Shown one piece after another: positions 19,370 through 32,000 of a stretch of DNA of 32,000 nucleotides. The position numbers and the translations under genes are program-made. Position 1 is the stretch's first letter. Every line of letters begins with the position of its first letter. The notes under the pieces are model-generated. The model ran no database searches, had not been told where the DNA came from, and saw nothing but the letters and a program-made list of their open reading frames with translations. Source of the DNA: Desulfobulbus propionicus DSM 2032 (GTDB lineage: Bacteria; Desulfobacterota; Desulfobulbia; Desulfobulbales; Desulfobulbaceae); NCBI RefSeq assembly GCF_000186885.1, contig NC_014972.1, positions 1,680,001 through 1,712,000 of the forward strand, in the 5' to 3' direction.

Positions 19370-20039
19370 GATCGCCCCGGAACAATCGATCCTCAAAACA
19401 TACGAACCGCCGCCGTACGACGAGGACGACCTGGTGATGATCTCCGCCTTGCAGCATTACCTGTTCTGTCCGCGCCAGTGTGCTTTGATCCATATCGAAC
19501 AACAATGGCTCGAAAACCGATTGACCGCCGAAGGTCGCCTCCTTCATGAACGGGTGCATGGCGGCGGCCGGGAATCGCGGCGACAACTGCGGGTGGAGTT
19601 CGATGTGCCCATTCGTTCGTTGCGGCTGGGGGTGATCGGCCGGGCGGACATCGTCGAATTTCATCGGCGGGAGGATGGGCTGTGGTGTCCCCTGCCAGTG
19701 GAATACAAGCGCGGACGACCCAAGAAGGACGATACCGACCGGGTGCAGCTCTGCGCTCAGGCCCTCTGTCTGGAAGAGATGCTACGGTGCGCCGTACCCG
19801 AGGGGGCGCTCTACTACGGCGAAAAGAAGCGGCGGTCGGCGGTGCTGTTCGACGCACCCTTGCGGGAGAAGACGGCACAGACGGCGAAGGCGGTCCACGC
19901 CCTGCTTACGGGGGGAAGGACGCCGCCACCCCATTATGCGGCCCGCTGCGAGAACTGTTCATTCATGCCGCTCTGTCTGCCCAAGGTGGCGACCAGGAAG
20001 CGGGTGGGGCATTATCTGCACAAAATGATGGGGGTATGA
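19362..20039 (+). CDS. cas4: CRISPR-associated exonuclease Cas4
   Basis: 225 aa; 'ISALQHYLFCPRQCALIHIEQQWLEN', 'GRADIVEF', 'PVEYKRG', C-terminal Cys cluster 'CENCSFMPLC'. Confidence 0.95.
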   Translation: MAEIAPEQSILKTYEPPPYDEDDLVMISALQHYLFCPRQCALIHIEQQWLENRLTAEGRLLHERVHGGGRESRRQLRVEFDVPIRSLRLGVIGRADIVEFHRREDGLWCPLPVEYKRGRPKKDDTDRVQLCAQALCLEEMLRCAVPEGALYYGEKKRRSAVLFDAPLREKTAQTAKAVHALLTGGRTPPPHYAARCENCSFMPLCLPKVATRKRVGHYLHKMMGV

Positions 20040-21064
20040 AAAAACATCTCAACACCCTGTTCGTCACCACCCAGGGGGCCTACCTGGCCAAGGATGGCGA
20101 GACCGTGGCGGTCCGCATCGAGGGCGAGGTGGTCCTGCGGGTCCCGCTCCATACCCTGGAATCCATCGTCTGTCTCGGTAATGTCGGTTGCAGCCCTTTT
20201 TTGATGGGATTCTGCGGCGAGCGTGGGGTGGGGATGAGTTTTCTCACTGAAAACGGGCGATTTCTGGCGCGGGTGCAAGGGCCGGTTTCGGGCAACGTGC
20301 TGCTGCGGCGCGAGCAGTACCGCCGCGCCGACGATCCGGATTTTTCCGCTGCCGTGGCCAGTGCTTGCGTGCTCGGCAAGGTGGCCAACTGCCGGACCGT
20401 GCTCCTTCGCGCCTTGCGTGATCATGGCAACAAGGTAGATGCGCCGGTGCTACAGGAGGCTATCGACCGGTTGGCAGCGGCGCTCAGGCGATTGCAGGGC
20501 GGATTGGCGTTGGAGGAGGTGCGCGGGGTGGAAGGTGATGCGGCCCGGGTCTATTTCAGTGCCTTCGATCATCTCATCGTCCGCGACAAAGACAAATTTT
20601 TCATGCGCCAGCGCAGTCGCCGGCCGCCGCTTGACCGTATCAACTGCTTGATTTCCTTCCTCTACACGTTGCTGCTCAACGATGTGCGCTCCGCGCTTGA
20701 ATCGGTGGGCCTTGATCCGGCGGTCGGCTATCTGCACCGCGATCGTCCGGGGCGGGCCGGATTGGCCCTTGATCTGATGGAGGAGTTCCGGCCCATGGCG
20801 GATCGGCTGGCGGTTTCATTGGTCAATCTGGGACAGTTGCGCGAGGAGGATTTTGTGTTCAGCGACGGCGGCGCGGTGCGGATGAGCGATGAGGCCCGCA
20901 AAACCCTGCTGGTAGCGTATCAGAAGCGCAAACAGGAAGAAATGGTGCATCCCTTTCTGGAGGAGAAAATGTCGCTGGGGCTGTTTTTTCATACCCAAGC
21001 CCTGCTCTTTGCCCGCTATCTGCGTGACGAACTCGACGGTTATCCGCCGGTGATGTGGAAATAG
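20036..21064 (+). CDS. cas1: CRISPR integrase Cas1 (type I-C)
   Basis: ATG 20036 (MKKHLNTLFVTTQGAYLAKDGETV...), 'SFLTENGRFLARVQGPVSGNVLLRREQYR', 'SFLYTLLLNDVRSALESVGLDPAVGYLHRDRPGRAGLALDLMEEFRP'. Confidence 0.96.
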   Translation: MKKHLNTLFVTTQGAYLAKDGETVAVRIEGEVVLRVPLHTLESIVCLGNVGCSPFLMGFCGERGVGMSFLTENGRFLARVQGPVSGNVLLRREQYRRADDPDFSAAVASACVLGKVANCRTVLLRALRDHGNKVDAPVLQEAIDRLAAALRRLQGGLALEEVRGVEGDAARVYFSAFDHLIVRDKDKFFMRQRSRRPPLDRINCLISFLYTLLLNDVRSALESVGLDPAVGYLHRDRPGRAGLALDLMEEFRPMADRLAVSLVNLGQLREEDFVFSDGGAVRMSDEARKTLLVAYQKRKQEEMVHPFLEEKMSLGLFFHTQALLFARYLRDELDGYPPVMWK

Positions 21065-21076
21065 GGGAGGGCGGCC

Positions 21077-21367
21077 ATGATGGTGCTGGTGAGTTACGAT
21101 GTGCGCACAAGCGAGCCAGGCGGCGCCAAGCGCTTGCGGCGGGTGGCCAAGGTGTGCCGCAATTTCGGTCAGCGGGTACAATTTTCGGTGTTCGAGTGCA
21201 TGGTGGACCCGGCGCAATGGACCCGATTGCGGCAGGCGTTGATTGACGAGATCGACATGGAGGCCGACAGTCTCCGTTTTTACTTCCTCGGGGCCAACTG
21301 GCGCAACCGGGTGGAGCATGTCGGCGCCAAGGAGAGCGTGGACCAGGAAGGTCCGCTGATTGTGTAA
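21077..21367 (+). CDS. cas2: CRISPR-associated Cas2
   Basis: 96 aa; 'MVLVSYDVRTSEPGGAKRLRRVAKVCRNFGQRVQFSVFECMVDPAQWTRLRQALI'. Confidence 0.96.
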   Translation: MMVLVSYDVRTSEPGGAKRLRRVAKVCRNFGQRVQFSVFECMVDPAQWTRLRQALIDEIDMEADSLRFYFLGANWRNRVEHVGAKESVDQEGPLIV

Positions 21368-21540
21368 ACCGGTCCGCGAACCGTCATCGCCCAGCAGATG
21401 ACGGACGGTTCGCGATGCCTGTGGTTGCGACGGTTGACAAGGATTTGAGCAACAAGAGGAGGTGAATCAAGCCGCTCAGATCGGACGATCGCGGAACATG
21501 CTGGAAAAACTGATTCGTAATGCAATGTTGCGAGTCAGCA
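21368..21540 (+). promoter_or_regulatory. CRISPR leader region
   Basis: 173 nt between the cas2 stop and repeat 1; located at the end opposite to the degenerate repeats. Contains an 11-bp perfect inverted repeat (21375-21385 / 21404-21414). Confidence 0.7.
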
Positions 21541-27620
<6,080 letters not shown>

Positions 27621-27890
27621 CGAAACTGCAAATCACGGGCGGTCCATGAGGGCCACCCCGCGCTGGTGATTCGGGCCAAGGGCAAAAAGGCCCTGTTTTG
27701 GAAAGGAGCACGGCACCCGGTGAAGGCGGTACATCAACCGGCGCGGAAGGGGAAGCCTTTCTTGCGGGAAGCGGCCGAGGAGCTGGAGCGCGAAGGATAT
27801 GACTTCCTCGACCGCTATTTAACAGACAAGGTGAACGAAAAAATTGCCAAGGAGATCAAGGGCAAGATCACTTTGACGTTGAAGCTGTGA
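27621..27890 (+). pseudogene. Fragment of a phage structural/morphogenesis-like gene (5' truncated at the last CRISPR repeat)
   Basis: Frame of ORF 27666..27890 is open upstream to 27621, then hits TGA inside the repeat; '...KALFWKGARHPVKAVHQPARKGKPFLREAAEELEREGYDF' with a phage-like 'KPFLREAAEELE' segment. Confidence 0.45.
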
Positions 27891-27935
27891 CCTGAGCTAA
27901 GCTGTTGCTTGCCGTTGAGAGTAGCAACTGTATAC

Positions 27936-28202
27936 CTACCAAAGCGCCCCTTGTGGCAAATTGATCCATGATTGCACGATACGCCGCATGTCTTCTCGGT
28001 ATTCGGCATCGGCAATTGTCTCGATTATCCGCAGCGCCTCCTTGTGCTCGCCGCGGTCGACGAGGAGCCCGGCAATCTTGAATTTTTCAGTGTCGGTTCC
28101 TTCGAGAAGTTTCAAGTGATTGGCAAGTTCTGGATCGTCCGGGTCGCCGAAGCTTTCCTCTATTTCTTCCCTGGTCGGGTGATAGTCGAGATAGGTTTTC
28201 AT
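27936..28202 (-). CDS. Small acidic hypothetical protein (88 aa), translationally coupled to the head-morphogenesis-like gene
   Basis: MKTYLDYHPTREEIEESFGDPDDPELANHLKLLEG...; ATG overlaps the upstream gene's TGA (ATGA at 28199-28202, minus strand). Confidence 0.65.
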   Translation of the reverse strand: MKTYLDYHPTREEIEESFGDPDDPELANHLKLLEGTDTEKFKIAGLLVDRGEHKEALRIIETIADAEYREDMRRIVQSWINLPQGALW

Positions 28203-29572
28203 GGCGTCACCCTGGCAAGCAATTGGTTGAATTTCACATCGTCGTCGAGAGCGTCAATCGCCTTGCCGATATCCGACCGGTCAGCGCTGGTTTGTTGCGC
28301 GCGAAAGAGCATGTCCGTCACCGGCGCTTTGAAATTCCACCGGTTGACCCCTTCATTGATTTGCACCAGCTGTTCCAGGATGTTGTCGTCGCTGATACCC
28401 AGCTTAGCGAGTAACGTGTCAAAGTTTCTGATCCATCCCCGGTATCCTAGACCCTGCGCCTTCACCATCTCCATGTGAACCGGTTCGATACCCAGCTCTT
28501 TCAATACAGCTGGGTAAGTGCGCCGAGCGGTCCACTGGTTGACCACCTCCATGAGCATCCGGCGTTGGGACTTCTTTCCGATCCCGATTGATACGCCGGC
28601 GTTCTGGCGGTTGTGCTGGATCTCGTGCCAGAGCGATTCAAGGGCGTACTCCTCAAGAAATGTGAGTTGTTCGCCGCGGTTGATCTTGATGAATGCGTCC
28701 ATCATTGCACCTGCAGGCGACCATTTAACCGTAACCGGAATGCCGGTCGCCTCGGTGTAGCTGACCCATGTCTTGGTTGTTGAAAAATATACGTCTCCAG
28801 ATGAATATGTCCACATAAACGAACCATGCATACCGCGCTCTGCCTTGGCGATGCGGATTGGGTTGTCGCCGCCCAGGTGGCCGAGCTTGGAAACGATAAC
28901 CCGCTCCACATCGGCATAGTTGCGGATTCTACCGAGGGGCGGCTGGTTCTTGCTGGGTTCCGGCCCGGTTGTTGGTGCTGACCCATCACTGTTGTCGCCA
29001 GCTTGGGCGAAGAACTCGGCAACAGTGATCGTCCGGCATCGAGCGTGATAAGGGGGGAGTCCTATCTTGCCGCGCGCCACTTGGCGATTGATGGCGTTCT
29101 GTGAGGTCAGGTTCTCGGCTTGTGCGTCGCTCCACCATGGCCATGCAGCCTTTATCTTCTCCTTGCTGCCGCTTTCACAGGCCGCCATGTACTGTTCCAC
29201 CTGACGGCGCAGATCCATAACCGCGATCACTGTACCGTGCAGGCGGCGACAAGTCTCACTGGTCTTACTGTCGAGCCTGGCCTTAACCCGAACCACCTCA
29301 ATACCGGCCTTTTCGTATCCGGACACCCGGCCGATCTCCCTAATCTTAGTGGCGGTGTGGTCGGCGAGTAAGTCCCAATAGGCCGTACCCTTGTCGCCCA
29401 GCGTTTTAAAATGCACCTTCATTAGCTCGGCCAAGTCGCGTCGATTGTATCCACCTTCAAAATAATCCTGCAGCACGGCGCGAAATCCTTCCTGGATATT
29501 GTCGTTGTAGTGGCTGCCAATCCAGAAACGAGTATTGCGGTCAAGAATTTCGAGTGATTTTGAATCGGGCAA
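28199..29572 (-). CDS. Phage head-morphogenesis (Mu gpF / SPP1 gp7-like) protein with C-terminal HEIQH putative zincin domain; probably 5' truncated
   Basis: MuF-type signature 'DSKTSETCRRLHGTVI...GLPPYHARCRTIT'; C-terminal 'FLEEYALESLWHEIQHNRQNAG'. Only a TTG start, 5 nt from the isolated CRISPR repeat. Confidence 0.7.
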   Translation of the reverse strand: MPDSKSLEILDRNTRFWIGSHYNDNIQEGFRAVLQDYFEGGYNRRDLAELMKVHFKTLGDKGTAYWDLLADHTATKIREIGRVSGYEKAGIEVVRVKARLDSKTSETCRRLHGTVIAVMDLRRQVEQYMAACESGSKEKIKAAWPWWSDAQAENLTSQNAINRQVARGKIGLPPYHARCRTITVAEFFAQAGDNSDGSAPTTGPEPSKNQPPLGRIRNYADVERVIVSKLGHLGGDNPIRIAKAERGMHGSFMWTYSSGDVYFSTTKTWVSYTEATGIPVTVKWSPAGAMMDAFIKINRGEQLTFLEEYALESLWHEIQHNRQNAGVSIGIGKKSQRRMLMEVVNQWTARRTYPAVLKELGIEPVHMEMVKAQGLGYRGWIRNFDTLLAKLGISDDNILEQLVQINEGVNRWNFKAPVTDMLFRAQQTSADRSDIGKAIDALDDDVKFNQLLARVTP

Positions 29573-29577
29573 ATCCC

Positions 29578-29609
29578 GTCGCCCCCCACGCGGGGGCGTG
29601 GATTGAAAT
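29578..29609 (+). CRISPR. Isolated CRISPR repeat copy (31/32 identical, terminal C to T)
   Basis: GTCGCCCCCCACGCGGGGGCGTGGATTGAAAT, 1957 bp beyond the last array repeat, same orientation. Confidence 0.95.
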
Positions 29610-29766
29610 TTCCTGTTCCCGCCTCTTTCCCTCCTGGCTCAGCCACCTGCTCGACCACACACAACCGGCGATTCCAATGGTCAACGGTCGAGTGTGGATC
29701 AAACCGGTGCGGCCAACCTGAGTCAGGATTCTGGTCGCCGTTTGATTGGAGTCGCCATGGAGATAA

Positions 29767-30414
29767 TCAACGAGGAACAAGGGAAGGCGGAGGGGGAGTT
29801 CGTGGCAGATGTTTGGTTACCTGTTGCAGGAACAGAACGGGTGCCGTGTGCTTGACCTCCGCCATGGACGGTGGTGTTTGAGTCTCCATCATCATCGAAC
29901 TTACCGCACATCCGGCCAAACCGCAGGGATTGATCCGTTCGTAGGACCGCAGGTCCGGGCAGACATTGAGGGCAAAGCCGTGCAGGGTCACCCAGTGGCG
30001 GACGCCGACACCAATGAAGCCGATTTTGCCACGAGACGACCAGACCCCGGTTTGCCCGGCAACCCGGTGCGCCGGAATGTGGAAGGCGACCAGGGTGGCG
30101 ATCAGCACCTCTTCCAGGAAGCGCATCCAGCGATGGAGGTCGCGGCCTCGTCTGCCGAGATGAACGAGTGGGTAACCCACCAACTGTCCCGGCCCGTGCC
30201 AAGCCACATCCCCACCCCGGTTGATACGCTCAACGGGGAGGGTGGAATCGAGGATGTTGGCCAGATCGCCGCCCCGGCCGATGGTATAGACGGCGGGATG
30301 TTCGAGCAGCAGCAGGGTCTCTTCCTCGTTGCCGGCGGCAATTTCCGCTGCCAGCCGCTCCTGCAGAGCCAGGGCCTCGCGGTACTCGACCAGGCCGCAG
30401 TCGAGGATGCGCAT
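29767..30414 (-). CDS. lipB: Lipoyl(octanoyl) transferase LipB
   Basis: 213 aa; 'LLLLEHPAVYTIGRGG', 'RGGDVAWHGPGQLVGYPLV', 'GVWSSRGKIGFIGVGVRHWVTLHGFALNV'. Confidence 0.95.
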   Translation of the reverse strand: MRILDCGLVEYREALALQERLAAEIAAGNEEETLLLLEHPAVYTIGRGGDLANILDSTLPVERINRGGDVAWHGPGQLVGYPLVHLGRRGRDLHRWMRFLEEVLIATLVAFHIPAHRVAGQTGVWSSRGKIGFIGVGVRHWVTLHGFALNVCPDLRSYERINPCGLAGCAVSSMMMETQTPPSMAEVKHTAPVLFLQQVTKHLPRTPPPPSLVPR

Positions 30415-30418
30415 GGCC

Positions 30419-30664
30419 TCAGGGGAGGCGGGCCATGAGATACCTGGTCATGGCCGCCAGGGTCGACAGTTTGCCGTAGTCCGATTCGGGGATGTCCACC
30501 CCGGTGCGTTCGTTCAGTCCAACCAGCACACGGAGAAAACTGAACGAATCGATGTCCAGGGCCTCGCGGATGTTCTCGTCCGGCGCCAGCTCGACCGGGT
30601 CGCATTCGGGCGCGACCTTTTTCAGTTCGGCAAAAATATGGGAAAGCAGTTCCTGTTCGGTCAT
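30419..30664 (-). CDS. Acyl carrier protein-like protein
   Basis: 81 aa with 'REALDIDSFSFLRVLVGLNERTGVDIPESDYGKLSTLAAMTRYL'; phosphopantetheine-attachment Ser in the DIDSF context. Confidence 0.85.
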   Translation of the reverse strand: MTEQELLSHIFAELKKVAPECDPVELAPDENIREALDIDSFSFLRVLVGLNERTGVDIPESDYGKLSTLAAMTRYLMARLP

Positions 30665-31863
30665 AGAGCCTCCGGTTGCTGGAGATGGCGATTGAGGGCT
30701 TCGAGGAACAGGGCACCCTGGTGGCCGTCGGTGGCGCGATGATCGGCGGCCAGAGTGGCGGTCACGCAGCGCCGCACTCCCAGCATGCCGTTTTCGGCCC
30801 AGGGTCGCTCGCTGATCTTGCCGAAACCGATCAGCGCCACCTGCGGCGGATAGATGATGCCGAATACCGTTTTTATGCCCCGATCACCCAGGTTGGTGAC
30901 CGACACGGTGGCGTCAGTGACCTCCGAACCGCGCAACCGTCCCGACCGGGTCCGCTCGATCAGGTCGGCCATGGCCTGCATCAGTTCACCCAGGCTGAGC
31001 CGGTCGACGTGATGAATGGCGGGCGAGATCAGGCCGCCGGTGCGCAGGGCGATGGCGAAACCGACATGGATGTCCGGTTGCACCTGAAGACGGTCATTCA
31101 ACCAAAAGCCGTTCAGTTCCGGCACGTCGCGCAGGGCCTTGGCCGTTGCCTTGAGGAGTAGGACAACCGGCAGGATGCGCTCGCGCATGGAACGTTGGCG
31201 GTTTTCCTCCTCCAGCCATTGCAAGGGGTGGCTCAGGTCGATCTCGGTTGCCAGGTAATAGTGGGGGATTTCTCGGTTGGAGCGACTGACCGCGGCGGCA
31301 ATGGCCTGCCGCATCCTGGTCTCGGGCGTGTCCCCAGCGGATTCGGCTGGTGCAGCCGTTGCCTGCGGGGACGTTATTGTTTTTGCCTGGGCCGCTGCCT
31401 CGATATCGCTGCGCTGGATGGCACCGCGCGGGCCGGTTCCCTGGACCGTGGCCAGATCAACCCCCAGTTCCAGGGCCAGACGCCTGGCCGAGGGCGAACA
31501 GGAGAGCCGCTCGGAAGATATCGTCGGTTGAGCTGGGATGGTTTCCTGCGGCTTGCTCACTGGGGAAGGTTCGGTTGTCTTCTCAACGGTGGGCTCGGCC
31601 CGCACCTCGGTGACCGCAGCCTTGGCCTCACCGGTCTCAATTCGGGCCAGCAAGGTGCCCACCGGCACAGTCTGGCCGGCAGCCACCAGCGGCTCACCCA
31701 TGATGCCGTCCTCGAACACCTCGATCTCGAACAGTCCCTTTTGGGTCTCGACCAGGGCGACGATATCGCCCCGTTTGACCCGCTGTCCCGGCACCACCAG
31801 CCATTCGACCAGTTTACCGGTTTCCATGTCGGCGCCCAGGCTGGGCATGCGAAATTCACCCAT
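30661..31863 (-). CDS. 2-oxoacid dehydrogenase E2 component (dihydrolipoamide acyltransferase)
   Basis: Lipoyl domain '...[24 protein letters not shown]', peripheral subunit-binding '[36 protein letters not shown]', catalytic '[22 protein letters not shown]'. Confidence 0.93.
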   Translation of the reverse strand: MGEFRMPSLGADMETGKLVEWLVVPGQRVKRGDIVALVETQKGLFEIEVFEDGIMGEPLVAAGQTVPVGTLLARIETGEAKAAVTEVRAEPTVEKTTEPSPVSKPQETIPAQPTISSERLSCSPSARRLALELGVDLATVQGTGPRGAIQRSDIEAAAQAKTITSPQATAAPAESAGDTPETRMRQAIAAAVSRSNREIPHYYLATEIDLSHPLQWLEEENRQRSMRERILPVVLLLKATAKALRDVPELNGFWLNDRLQVQPDIHVGFAIALRTGGLISPAIHHVDRLSLGELMQAMADLIERTRSGRLRGSEVTDATVSVTNLGDRGIKTVFGIIYPPQVALIGFGKISERPWAENGMLGVRRCVTATLAADHRATDGHQGALFLEALNRHLQQPEAL

Positions 31864-32000
31864 GATGCATCATCCTCCGGACTGTGGCCACAATTTTATC
31901 CACCTGGGGCAGGGCCGCCTCTTCCATGTGCTTGGCATAGGGCATGGGCACCTCGGCGCTGCACAGCCGCTCCACCGGCAGATCGAGATCGTAGAAGGCC
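31856..32000 (-). CDS. 2-oxoacid (pyruvate) dehydrogenase E1 beta subunit, C-terminal part (truncated by window edge)
   Basis: Manual translation '...[47 protein letters not shown]' with the E1-beta 'VPMPYAK..E.AALPQ' C-terminal motif; 8-nt overlap with the E2 start. Confidence 0.88.
   Translation of the reverse strand, partial: AFYDLDLPVERLCSAEVPMPYAKHMEEAALPQVDKIVATVRRMMHHG

Noticed and set aside
21434-21456. TTGACA at 21434-21439 as a leader -35 promoter element
   Set aside because: No acceptable -10 hexamer about 17 nt downstream, so a sigma-70 promoter cannot be supported from sequence alone.
27621-29577. Classic Mu-like transposition insertion into the array
   Set aside because: I could not see Mu-type end sequences or a 5-bp target duplication at the junctions, and both borders coincide with repeat ends.
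27621-29577. Simple Campbell-type integration of a phage through one spacer
   Set aside because: That would leave the same ~34-nt spacer at both edges, but 27621-27654 and 29544-29577 are different sequences.

Overview
The window is a Desulfobacterota-like chromosomal segment. From left to right it contains: (1) a partial stress-like gene, a Lon-type protease with a receiver domain inserted before its AAA+ core, and a convergent NtrC-family regulator / histidine kinase pair; (2) a YbhF/YbhS/YbhR-type ABC-2 exporter operon, a YbhB/PEBP protein and an HPF-cold-shock-domain fusion; (3) a complete type I-C CRISPR-Cas locus (WYL regulator, cas3, cas5c, cas8c, cas7c, a RhuM-Fic gene, cas4, cas1, cas2), followed by an array that I hand-count at 92 repeats / 91 spacers (21541-27620); (4) a 1957-bp phage fragment lying exactly between the last array repeat and an isolated repeat copy at 29578-29609, carrying a Mu-F-like head-morphogenesis protein with a C-terminal HEIQH motif and an overlapping small acidic ORF; (5) a lipB / ACP / E2 / E1-beta 2-oxoacid dehydrogenase cluster. 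The strongest leads are the RhuM-Fic gene translationally coupled inside the cas operon, the phage toxin/immunity-like segment enclosed by CRISPR repeats, the strong internal ribosome-binding site for Cas11c, the duplicated and variant spacer groups, and the receiver-Lon fusion. No database searches were run; family names come from motif recognition.
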